Assembly (NCBI GenBank): GCA_963765295.1 | Contig: CAVXVO010000004.1 | Location: forward strand, 349,059 to 413,058 | From: an uncultured Actinomycetes bacterium | Lineage (GTDB): Bacteria; Actinomycetota; Thermoleophilia; Gaiellales; Gaiellaceae | Length of the DNA: 64,000 nucleotides | Direction: 5' to 3' | In this document: positions 54,393 through 62,906 of the stretch, in pieces | Position numbering within the stretch: the first letter of the stretch is position 1 | Layout: each line of letters begins with the position of its first letter | The notes under the pieces: generated by a model | Databases searched by the model: none | The model's input: the letters and a program-made list of their open reading frames with translations, nothing else | Told to the model about the DNA's origin: nothing | Position numbers and translations under genes: made by a program

Positions 54393-55292
54393 GTGATGGG
54401 GCGGCACCGGTTCCTCTGGCCCCTGTTCGCTTTCCCGGGAACGGTCTGGCTCGTCCTGTTCTTCCTGATCCCGTTCTACGCCGTCCTGTCGGTGGCGTTC
54501 GGCACAGTCGATCCGATCTTCCAGGGCCCGGTGCCCGTCTGGAACCCCCTGGACTGGCAATTCGAGACGATGCGCTCGGTCCTCGACCAGCTCCGGCCCG
54601 GGGAGGTCTTCTGGACGGTCTTCGTCCGCACGTTCGCCTATGTGGCGGTCGCACTCGCCGGCTGCCTCGCGATCGGCTATCCCGTGGCGTACTACCTCGC
54701 CCGTCATGCCGGGCGGACGAAGGTGCTGCTGCTCGTGCTGCTGATCATCCCGTTCTGGGTCAGCTACCTGATGCGGATGCTGGCCTGGATCGGGTTGCTC
54801 CTGCCCGACGGGCTCGTCAACCGCACGCTCGTCGACCTCGGCATCCTCAGCCACCCGTACGGCTGGCTCGACGGGCAGCCGTCGTCCGTGATCTTCGCGC
54901 TCGTCTACGGCTACGTGCCCTACCTGATCCTGCCGCTGTTCGCTGTCCTCGATCGGATCGAGCCGCACCTGATCGAGGCCGGCCTTGATCTGGGCGCGAG
55001 CCGTTTCGCCACATTCCTCCACGTCACGCTGCCGCTCAGCAAGCAGGGCATTCTCGCCGGCTGCGTCCTGATCGCCCTGCCGATGTTCGGCGACTACTAC
55101 ACGAACGACGTCATCTCGGGCTCGCCGGGCACGTCGATGATCGGCAACCAGATCAACCTCTTCTTCCAGGGTGGCCCTCAGCGCACGACAGGTGCGGCGC
55201 TCGTCATCGTCCTGGCCCTGCTGCTCGCCGGGCTGATGTCCTACTACCTGATCTCGACCGCGCGCGCGTCGCGCCGGCCGGCGGTGGCATGA
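54393..55292 (+). CDS. ABC importer permease (PotB-like)
   Basis: 299 aa with 6 TM helices and an EAA-type loop (LIEAGLDLGASRFATFLHVTLP). Confidence 0.85.
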   Translation: MMGRHRFLWPLFAFPGTVWLVLFFLIPFYAVLSVAFGTVDPIFQGPVPVWNPLDWQFETMRSVLDQLRPGEVFWTVFVRTFAYVAVALAGCLAIGYPVAYYLARHAGRTKVLLLVLLIIPFWVSYLMRMLAWIGLLLPDGLVNRTLVDLGILSHPYGWLDGQPSSVIFALVYGYVPYLILPLFAVLDRIEPHLIEAGLDLGASRFATFLHVTLPLSKQGILAGCVLIALPMFGDYYTNDVISGSPGTSMIGNQINLFFQGGPQRTTGAALVIVLALLLAGLMSYYLISTARASRRPAVA

Positions 55293-56164
55293 AGCGCGTC
55301 CGCGAGTGGTGGTCGAATCCGTGGGGGCGGCCGCGCTTCCTCGTCGCGTTCACCTGGCTCTACATCGCCTGGTCGATCGTCCCGATCGCGATCGCCATCC
55401 TGTTCTCGTTCAACGCGGGCAAGTCCCGGAGCGTCTGGCAGGGCTTCTCGACGCGCTGGTACTGGGGCCCTCAATCCGTCCTCCACGACCCGACGCTGCG
55501 AGGGGCGCTCGAGCAGAGCCTCAAGCTGGCCGTGGTGGACATGGCGATCGCGGTTCCGCTCGGCGTGGCGCTCGCACTCGGGCTCACGCGCTGGCGGGGT
55601 TACGGCTCACGGCCCGCGAACCTGCTGATGCTGTTCCCGCTCGTCATGCCCGAGATCGTGATGGCGGTGTCGCTGCTGCTCGTCTTCACGACGCTGTACC
55701 GGTTCGAGCTCGGCACGACGGCGCAGGTGCTCGGGCAAGTGACGTTCTCGGTCTCGTTCGTCGTGGTGGTCGTACGCGGCAGGCTCCTCTCGATCGGGAG
55801 GGAGTACGAGGAGGCCGCGGCCGACCTCGGCGCCTCGCCGGCCGCCGCGCTGCGGCTCGTCCTGCTGCCGCTGCTCTTGCCGGCGATCCTCGCCAGCTTC
55901 GTGGTCGTGTTCGCGCTCTCGATCGACGACTTCGTGGTCACGGACTACCTCTCGTCCGACGCCTCCACCCAGACGGTGCCGATCCAGATCTACTCGAGCG
56001 TCCGCGGCACGAGCACGCCTGCGCTCAACGCCGTGGCGACGCTGATGGTCGTGGCGACGCTGCTCGCGTTCGCGCTGGTGTTCGTCCTCCACCGGCGCTA
56101 CTCGGGCCGCCAGGACGCAGGCGGCAGCTCGTCCCTGCGGGAGATCGCGGCCTTCGATGTCTGA
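55289..56164 (+). CDS. ABC importer permease (PotC-like)
   Basis: 291 aa with the loop [23 protein letters not shown]. It overlaps its neighbours by 4 and 8 nt. Confidence 0.85.
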   Translation: MKRVREWWSNPWGRPRFLVAFTWLYIAWSIVPIAIAILFSFNAGKSRSVWQGFSTRWYWGPQSVLHDPTLRGALEQSLKLAVVDMAIAVPLGVALALGLTRWRGYGSRPANLLMLFPLVMPEIVMAVSLLLVFTTLYRFELGTTAQVLGQVTFSVSFVVVVVRGRLLSIGREYEEAAADLGASPAAALRLVLLPLLLPAILASFVVVFALSIDDFVVTDYLSSDASTQTVPIQIYSSVRGTSTPALNAVATLMVVATLLAFALVFVLHRRYSGRQDAGGSSSLREIAAFDV

Positions 56165-57282
56165 CACGCCTGTCGAGGCTCGCCCCACGCTCAAGGGCGG
56201 CGCCGTCGAGCTCGTCGACCTGCGCAAGCGGTTCGGCGATGTGGACGCGGTCGACGGGATCAGCCTGCAGATCCCCGCGGGCGAGTTCTTCTCGCTGCTC
56301 GGCCCGTCCGGCTGCGGCAAGACGACGACGCTGCGCCTGATCGCCGGGTTCGAGCGGCCCGACGGCGGCCGGATCTCGCTCGACGGCGTCGACATGGCCG
56401 CGACGCCGCCTCACCGCCGCAGGGTGAACACGGTCTTTCAGAGCTATGCGCTCTTTCCCGCACCTGTCCGTGTTCGACAACGTGGCGTTCGGCCTCCGGC
56501 GACGGCGGACGCCGCGGGCCGAGATCGACCGACGCGTCGGCGCCATCCTCGAGGCCGTACGGCTCGAAGGGCTGGAGAAGCGCCGGCCCTCGCAGCTTTC
56601 AGGCGGCCAGCAGCAACGGGTTGCGCTGGCGCGAGCGCTCGTGCTCGAGCCGTCCGTGCTGCTGCTCGACGAGCCGCTCGGCGCACTCGATGCGAAGCTG
56701 CGCAAAGCTCTCCAGCTCGAGCTGAAGACGATTCACGAGGAGTTCGGGATCACCTTCGTCTACGTCACGCACGACCAGGAAGAGGCACTGACGATGTCCA
56801 ACCGGATCGCGGTCATGTCCGCCGGGCGCGTCGAGCAGGTCGCGACGCCCGAGGAGATCTACGAGGAGCCGGCGACCGTGTTCGTCGCGGACTTCCTCGG
56901 CGTCTCGAACCTGATGACGGCGACGGCGGAAGGCACGGACGACGGCCGCTGTGTGCTGCGGCTCGGGGAGTCGGTGCTGCACGCGTCACGCGGCGAGACC
57001 TCGGCGCGCGGCAAGGTGAGGATCGTGATCCGCCCGGAGCGGGTGCAGGTCGAGCCGTACGCGCCGGGAGGCGAGAACCGGATCCCGGGGATGGTCGAGC
57101 GGGTCGTCTACCTCGGCTCGCTGGACCAGCTCGTGATTCGACTAGCGACGGGCGACGTGCTCCAGGCCGTTCTCGTGAACGACGGCGGGCCGAAGGCGTT
57201 CGCCCAGGGCGTGCCGGTACGAGTGCATCTGCCGGCCGAGGCGTTGCTGGTGCTCCCCGAGCGGCCGGGCGTCGCGCCGTGA
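56157..57282 (+). pseudogene. PotA-like ABC importer ATPase; +1 frameshift at about 56460
   Basis: Walker A (GPSGCGKTT) and the Q-loop start ([10 protein letters not shown]) are in the 56157 frame. [31 protein letters not shown] and the H-loop are in the 56446 frame. An extra G in tttcccGcacctg separates the two frames. Confidence 0.85.
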
Positions 57283-59492
57283 ACGTGAGCGACGTGAACG
57301 CGACGGAGGACCCGGGAATCCGGCAGTCGCTCCAGGCGCTCTGGCCCTACTTCCGCCCCTACCCGCGCCTGCTCGTGCTCATCGGTCTCGGCCTGCTCGT
57401 CGAAGCGGCGTTCAACGTCTTCCTGCCGCTGAGCTTCAGCATCCTGATCGACAAGGCGCTGATCCCGAAGGACAAGCAGGTGCTCGTGATCGTGCTCGTC
57501 GCGCTCGCTTTGGGCGTCGTGATCACGGGCGTGGTCGGCGTCGCCCGCGACCGGCTCTACGCGCGGCTGACGGCGAGCGTGATCGCCGACTTGCGGCTCG
57601 AGATCTTCGCCCATCTGCAGAAGCTCTCGCTCGGCTTCTACGCGCGCATGCAGCTCGGGGACATCCTGGCGCGGTTCTCCGGCGACCTGGTCGCGCTCGA
57701 GGGAGCGTTCGTCTCCGCCCTGGCCTGGGCGGTCGCACCGGCGCTCGACGTCTGCGTCTACACCGTGGTGCTGTTCATCCTCGACTGGCGGCTGGCGCTC
57801 CTGGCGATGCTCGTCTGGCCGATCGCGCTCCTCGGGCCCCGCTACTTCGCGCCCCGCGCAGTATCCGGAAGCTACGAGAAGAAGCGCCTCGAATCCCAGA
57901 CGCTGAGCGTCGTCCAGGAGAACATCTCCGGCCAGTCCGTCGTCAAGGCGTTCGGGCTCGAAGACGCGTGGCTCGCCAGCTTCGAGGACCGCAATGCCCG
58001 ACTGCGGCACAGCACGGCCCACGTCTCCTTCCTCAGCTCGCTGGTGGAGAGGAGTGCGTATTCGGGCGTCCTCGCACTCGACGTCGCGATCATCGGCGTC
58101 GGCTCCTGGCTCTCGTTCAACGGCTCGCTCTCGATCGGGAAGCTGGTCGCCTTCCAGGGCGTCTTCCTGGCGCTCGGCTACGGGCTCGCATACGTCACGC
58201 AGTACATGCCCGGTCTCGTGCAGGGGCTCGGGGGCTTTCGCCACATCTCGGAGCTCTTCGAGCAGGAACCGCAGGTCGTCGACGAGGCGGAGAGCGTGCC
58301 CCTGCCGCGGCTGCGCGACGAGATCCGCTTCGACAGCGTCACCTTCGGCTACTCCGAGCCCGACGCGAACCTACAGAACCTGAGCGTGAGGATCGCCGCC
58401 GGCGAGTCCGTCGCCTTCGTCGGTTCGAGCGGCTCGGGTAAGAGCACGGCGCTCAGCCTGGTGATGCGCTTCTACGACCCGTGGTCCGGCTCGGTGACGT
58501 TCGACGGCCACGACCTGCGGACGGTGACGTCCGCCTCGCTCCGCTCGCAGTTCGGCGTCGTCTTCCAGGAGAGCTTCCTGTTCAACACGTCGGTCCGCGA
58601 GAACATCCGCATGGGGAAGCCGGACGCGAGCGACGCCGAGGTCGAGGCTGCCGCGAGCGCGGCTGAGATCCACGAGTTCGTTCTCGGTCAACCGGAGGGC
58701 TACGACACGGTGGTCGGCGAGCGCGGCGGCATGCTCTCCGGAGGCCAGCGCCAGCGGCTCGCGATCGCGCGCGCGATTCTCCGGGATCCGGCGATCCTCG
58801 TGCTCGACGAGGCGACCTCGGCGCTCGATCCGGGCACGGAGGCCGCGATCAACGCGACGCTGGAGCGGGTCGCCAAGGGCCGGACGACGATCACCGTCAC
58901 GCACCGGCTCGCCATCGCCACGACCGCCGACCGGATCTTCGTGCTCGACCAGGGCCGGCTCGTCGAGAGCGGCCCCCACGAGGAGCTGGTCGCAGCCCAG
59001 GGCCTCTACCACGAGCTCTGGAAGCGGCAAAGCGGCTTCACGGTGGAGGCTGACGGCGACCGGGCCGTGGTCAGTCCCGAGCGGCTCGCGCAGGTACCGA
59101 TCCTGAGCGGCGTCGCGCCCGAGCTGCTCGCGCAGATCGCGGCGCTGTTCACGAGCGAGCAGTACCCGGCCAGGCGCGTCGTCGTCCAGGAAGGAGACCC
59201 CGGCGACCGCTTCTACCTCGTGGTCCGGGGGCGGTTGATCGCCACCCGGAAAGACGCGGACGGCAACGCCGTCCAGGTCAACGTCCACGAGGACGGCGAC
59301 CACTTCGGCGAGATCGCGTTGCTGCGCAAGGCGAACCGGCTGGCGACGGTGACGACCGAGACGCCGGCCCTGCTCCTCTCCCTCGCGCGCGAGCCCTTCC
59401 TCGAGCTAATCGAGAGCGCTCCTCACGTCCGGGAGTCGATGGATCGCATCATCGACGAGTACCTCGCAGCCTGGGCCGCGCGAGATCCCTAG
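57279..59492 (+). CDS. ABC exporter (TMD-NBD half transporter) with C-terminal cyclic-nucleotide-binding domain
   Basis: GTG at 57279 overlaps the PotA stop (GTGA). The 737-aa translation has a 6-TM exporter domain, Walker [18 protein letters not shown] and [16 protein letters not shown]-type cNMP domain follows ([19 protein letters not shown]). Confidence 0.85.
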   Translation: MNVSDVNATEDPGIRQSLQALWPYFRPYPRLLVLIGLGLLVEAAFNVFLPLSFSILIDKALIPKDKQVLVIVLVALALGVVITGVVGVARDRLYARLTASVIADLRLEIFAHLQKLSLGFYARMQLGDILARFSGDLVALEGAFVSALAWAVAPALDVCVYTVVLFILDWRLALLAMLVWPIALLGPRYFAPRAVSGSYEKKRLESQTLSVVQENISGQSVVKAFGLEDAWLASFEDRNARLRHSTAHVSFLSSLVERSAYSGVLALDVAIIGVGSWLSFNGSLSIGKLVAFQGVFLALGYGLAYVTQYMPGLVQGLGGFRHISELFEQEPQVVDEAESVPLPRLRDEIRFDSVTFGYSEPDANLQNLSVRIAAGESVAFVGSSGSGKSTALSLVMRFYDPWSGSVTFDGHDLRTVTSASLRSQFGVVFQESFLFNTSVRENIRMGKPDASDAEVEAAASAAEIHEFVLGQPEGYDTVVGERGGMLSGGQRQRLAIARAILRDPAILVLDEATSALDPGTEAAINATLERVAKGRTTITVTHRLAIATTADRIFVLDQGRLVESGPHEELVAAQGLYHELWKRQSGFTVEADGDRAVVSPERLAQVPILSGVAPELLAQIAALFTSEQYPARRVVVQEGDPGDRFYLVVRGRLIATRKDADGNAVQVNVHEDGDHFGEIALLRKANRLATVTTETPALLLSLAREPFLELIESAPHVRESMDRIIDEYLAAWAARDP

Positions 59493-59813
59493 GCCCCTCG
59501 AGAGACGGCACCCCGGCAACGCGCGAATCGCTCACACAAGCCGAATCGGCGACCAGCGGCGACTAACGGCGACGGGTCACCCTTCTCCGAGTGCAGATCC
59601 AATGCCGGCTGAGGGATCTCGCGTTGGCCATCAGCCGGTCAGCCAACGGGTCGACTGCCCTGAACACCGATGCCGACTAGGCAGGTTTTGGAACGAACAT
59701 GGAACGCAGAGGTGACGACCGACGGCGAACCGAGCACCGCCGAGATCCCGGAATTCGGCTCAAACAGGCGTGGATGGCGAACAGCGGCGACTACGGCGAA
59801 CCCCGACGCTCAA

Positions 59814-59857
59814 CTGTCACGCCGGAGGTCGCGGGTTCGAGTCCCGTCGCTCCCGTC
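59814..59857 (+). repeat. direct repeat copy 3 (attR-like remnant of tRNA-Asp 3' end)
   Basis: 44/44 identical to 38778-38821. It is followed by hairpin AAAGGCGC-tgcctacg-GCGCCTTT plus T-run (59861-59890), which also abuts the stop of the convergent gene. Confidence 0.95.
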
Positions 59858-59887
59858 GCGAAAGGCGCTGCCTACGGCGCCTTTTGC

Positions 59888-61147
59888 TTACCGCGTGCGG
59901 AGCTCTGCGATCACCTGCTCGGCCTCGCGCAGGTCTTTGGCAAGCGTCTGCAGAAGCTTCCAGCCGATCACGCCGTTCGCCTCGACGAGCGGACGGAGCT
60001 CCCAGAGCGTGAGCCCGTAGCAGACGAGTTCCTCGGACGCAGTGATCGTCGCGATACGCACACCTTCGTCGATCAATGCGACCTCGCCGAAGTAGTCGCC
60101 TGGCCCCAGGGTCGCACGGAGCTCGCCGCCGATCGTGACCGTGACCTCGCCGGACTGGATCACGTAGAACGCGGCTCCGCCCGAGCCCTCCTTGATCACC
60201 GTCTCGCCCTTGGGGAAGTGACGTTCCTTGAACAGGCGGGCGATCTGGACGACCTCGTCGCGGTCCAGGTCGGCGAACAGACGAACGCCTTGAACGACCT
60301 CGACCGGTGCGCCTCCCGAGGGCGCCGGGTCGGAGCCGGTTCGCGTGATCGCCCGGCACTGGAGCAGGTAGAGCTGGTCTCCGGCGATGGCCCATTCGAT
60401 GTCCCGGTCGGGGCCGTAGACCTCCTCGCACCGCTCCGCCAGCCGGTGCAGTTCCTCGAGCTGGGAGTCGTCGAGGCAGAGCTCTTCGGCGAGCTCGGGT
60501 GAGAGCTTCTCCTCGAACGTGCCGCCTTCGGGAAGCGTCCGGATGGCGATCTTCTTCAGGCCCGCCGTGCGCTCGAGCACCTGCCCGGAGCGATCGATGC
60601 GGAAGTTGTCCGGGATCACCATCCCGGCGACAACGGCTTCGCCGAGCCCCCAACTCGCTTCGATCAGCCGTTCGTCTGCGCCGTTGATCGGGTTCCGGGT
60701 GAACATCACGCCGGCGCACACGGGGTCGAGCAGCGACTGGACGACGACACCGACGCTGGGCCGCCTGAAGAGCCCGACGCGCTGCCGATAGGTGATCGCC
60801 GAGTCCGAGTTGGCAGACCACCAGATCTCTCGGACCGCGTCCGCGACCGCGTCCACCCCGGGAACGTTGAGCAGCGTCATGTGCTGCCCGGCGAAGCTCG
60901 CCTCCGCCCCGTCCTCGTCGACAGCCGACGAGCGCACCGCGAGCGGGCTCCCGAGCGGTCCGACCAGCTTCGCCACGTCCTGGAATGCCTGCTTCTCACC
61001 GCCCGCGACCGCCTCGACGACAGCGCCCGAGAGCGCCACGCCGGGCGGGAGCGGCAGACCCGAACGTGCCGCCTCCCCGAGCCCGACCGCCTTCGAGCCG
61101 AACAGGGATTCGTCGTGGGCCTGCTCGAGCGGGACGATGCCGTCCAT
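59888..61147 (-). CDS. PEP/pyruvate-binding (PPDK_N ATP-grasp) domain protein fused to a C-terminal cNMP-binding domain
   Basis: 419 aa. GSKAVGLGEAARSGLPLPPG...AVRSSAVDEDGAEASFAGQH is the PPDK_N signature. The C-terminal part is GDYFGEVALIDEGVRIATI (cNMP-binding fold). Its ATG overlaps the upstream stop (ATGA). Confidence 0.8.
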   Translation of the reverse strand: MDGIVPLEQAHDESLFGSKAVGLGEAARSGLPLPPGVALSGAVVEAVAGGEKQAFQDVAKLVGPLGSPLAVRSSAVDEDGAEASFAGQHMTLLNVPGVDAVADAVREIWWSANSDSAITYRQRVGLFRRPSVGVVVQSLLDPVCAGVMFTRNPINGADERLIEASWGLGEAVVAGMVIPDNFRIDRSGQVLERTAGLKKIAIRTLPEGGTFEEKLSPELAEELCLDDSQLEELHRLAERCEEVYGPDRDIEWAIAGDQLYLLQCRAITRTGSDPAPSGGAPVEVVQGVRLFADLDRDEVVQIARLFKERHFPKGETVIKEGSGGAAFYVIQSGEVTVTIGGELRATLGPGDYFGEVALIDEGVRIATITASEELVCYGLTLWELRPLVEANGVIGWKLLQTLAKDLREAEQVIAELRTR

Positions 61148-62784
61148 CAGAGCACGGTCACCTCGCCGGCGTCGCCGTCGACGCGGACCTGCGCTCCGTC
61201 AGGGATCAGCCCCGTCCCCTCTCGCGTCCCGACGACGCCCGGGATGCCGTACTCACGCGAGACGATCGCCGCGTGTGACAGCAGCCCACCCGCGTCCGTC
61301 ACGATCGCCCCGAGCAACGGGAGCAGGATGTTGAACGCCTCGGTCGTCGACTCCGTCACGAGAACGTCCCCCTTGACGATGCGGTCGAACTCGGTCGGGC
61401 CGGAGATGAGCCGCGCCGTCCCCTCGTAGCTGCCGGGGCTCGCCGCCAACCCTCGCACGAGTCGCTCCTCGTGCTCGGCCTCCGAGCTCGCGAAGATCTC
61501 GCCGACGGCGATCATCGTCGCCCGCATGATCCGCGCGACGCCGGGCGGAAGCCCGCTCGGGTCGGGCGGAGGCGGCGGGGGCGGGCCGAGCGTCGGCGGC
61601 GCATCTTTCGCCGTGAGCGACGTCCGCAGCGCGTTCCGTGCCGCGAGCTCCTCCGCGGACGGGCCACCGGTGCCGGATACGAGCGCCTTCATCTCCTCGA
61701 AGTCGGCGTCGACGAAGTGCTCCGGATCCTGGATCCGCCCGCTCGCTGCGAGCCGCCGACCGGCGCCGATCACCGCTCGCCGCATGATCCCCGATGCCCA
61801 GATGTCGCTGAAGACACCGCGTTCGTCGCGGAGGCGGTAGGTCAACCGGGCCTCCGCGAGCAGATCGTCGAACTCGGCACGATGCTCCTCGGGCACCTGG
61901 TTGCGGACGTCGGCGATGCGCCCCTCGACGTCGGACTCCTCCCGAGCTCCCTCGTCCGCCGCGACGCGGATCGCCCGCAGCAGCGTGTCGGGCATCTCGA
62001 GGGCGTATCGGCCTGCGATGTCGAAGCCGTCGAGGAGCCGGTAGCCGACCAGGTCGAGGTACGCGGACGCCGCCGCTCCTGCCTCGCCGTCGAACGAGCG
62101 CAGCTGCTCCAGGACGTCGCCCGGATCGCCGTCCGACTCGAGGAGCTGTCGAGCCGCGGGATCGGCGTCGATCGCGGCCAGCAGCCGCTCGAGCTCCGAC
62201 GAGGCACCCGAGGACACGGGCGACGCGCCGCGCATCAGGCCGAGCAGCTCCGACGGTGGCAGGCCAGTCCAGTCGCCCACGTGCGCCAGGAAGTCCCCGG
62301 TCGGCAGCACTGCCGCGCCCGTGAAGCGCATGTGCTGGTAGATCATCTCGATGTGGTGGTCGCGGCAGCGCGTCAGGTACGCCACCAGCTCGTCGTCGGA
62401 GAGCGCTTCGGGATCGACCGACTGCAGCTCCCGGTGCACGGCCACCGCCGCAGGCTTGAACGTCTCGTCCCACTGGCGCAGCTGCTCGCGCCAGAGCTTG
62501 CCCTGAACGGCCTCCTCTGCCCGCTGGAAGCGAGCCGGGATCTCACTCTCGGCGACGGGGACGATCGTCTTGTACGCGAAGCCGTTCAGATACTGGTAGC
62601 CGAGCGTGTCGATCAGCATCCCGTAGAAGCTCGTCAGCTCGCGAAAGCCTCGCTGGAACGGCTCCGGGTGCATCTCGGCCCAATAGCGCGTGACGGGACG
62701 CGGAAAGTGAACGGCGTCCAACTCCCAAAACCCCGGCCCGGGAGAATCGAATTGAAGGTCGCTCGCTGCTGTTTCCGTAGACAT
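61147..62784 (-). CDS. PEP-utilising-enzyme mobile (phospho-His swivel) domain protein with large N-terminal helical domain
   Basis: ATG at 62784 follows GAGAAGGGGG. The C-terminal sequence GDVLVTESTTEAFNILLPLLGAIVTDAGGLLSHAAIVSREYGIPGV is the swivel-His domain. The upstream about 430 aa resemble the central domain of rifampicin-phosphotransferase-like enzymes. Confidence 0.75.
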   Translation of the reverse strand: MSTETAASDLQFDSPGPGFWELDAVHFPRPVTRYWAEMHPEPFQRGFRELTSFYGMLIDTLGYQYLNGFAYKTIVPVAESEIPARFQRAEEAVQGKLWREQLRQWDETFKPAAVAVHRELQSVDPEALSDDELVAYLTRCRDHHIEMIYQHMRFTGAAVLPTGDFLAHVGDWTGLPPSELLGLMRGASPVSSGASSELERLLAAIDADPAARQLLESDGDPGDVLEQLRSFDGEAGAAASAYLDLVGYRLLDGFDIAGRYALEMPDTLLRAIRVAADEGAREESDVEGRIADVRNQVPEEHRAEFDDLLAEARLTYRLRDERGVFSDIWASGIMRRAVIGAGRRLAASGRIQDPEHFVDADFEEMKALVSGTGGPSAEELAARNALRTSLTAKDAPPTLGPPPPPPPDPSGLPPGVARIMRATMIAVGEIFASSEAEHEERLVRGLAASPGSYEGTARLISGPTEFDRIVKGDVLVTESTTEAFNILLPLLGAIVTDAGGLLSHAAIVSREYGIPGVVGTREGTGLIPDGAQVRVDGDAGEVTVL

Positions 62785-62906
62785 CTGGCCCCCTTCTCGT
62801 TCAGCGAAAGCTTTCCCGGAGAGCTTCTCAGACGGCACCGACCGGCGCAGAAGCAACAAACGCCGGCAAGCGCTCTTCGGACGAGAGGGGCCTAGACTCA
62901 GGGCAG

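Larger units (their letters stand above)
50259..59857. mobile_element. tRNA-Asp-flanked island B (about 9.5 kb), integrase-less; probable relic of an older integration
   Basis: It is bounded by DR2 and DR3 (44 bp identical). No recombinase or arm motif was seen, and the GC content looks core-like. Confidence 0.5.

Noticed and set aside
56157-59492. Single 1111-aa protein
   Set aside because: This is a chimera. The PotA N-terminus is followed by about 270 aa of Arg/Ala/Gly nonsense, which is the out-of-frame remainder of potA, and then by the exporter. The exporter has its own GTG at 57279, overlapping the true potA stop.
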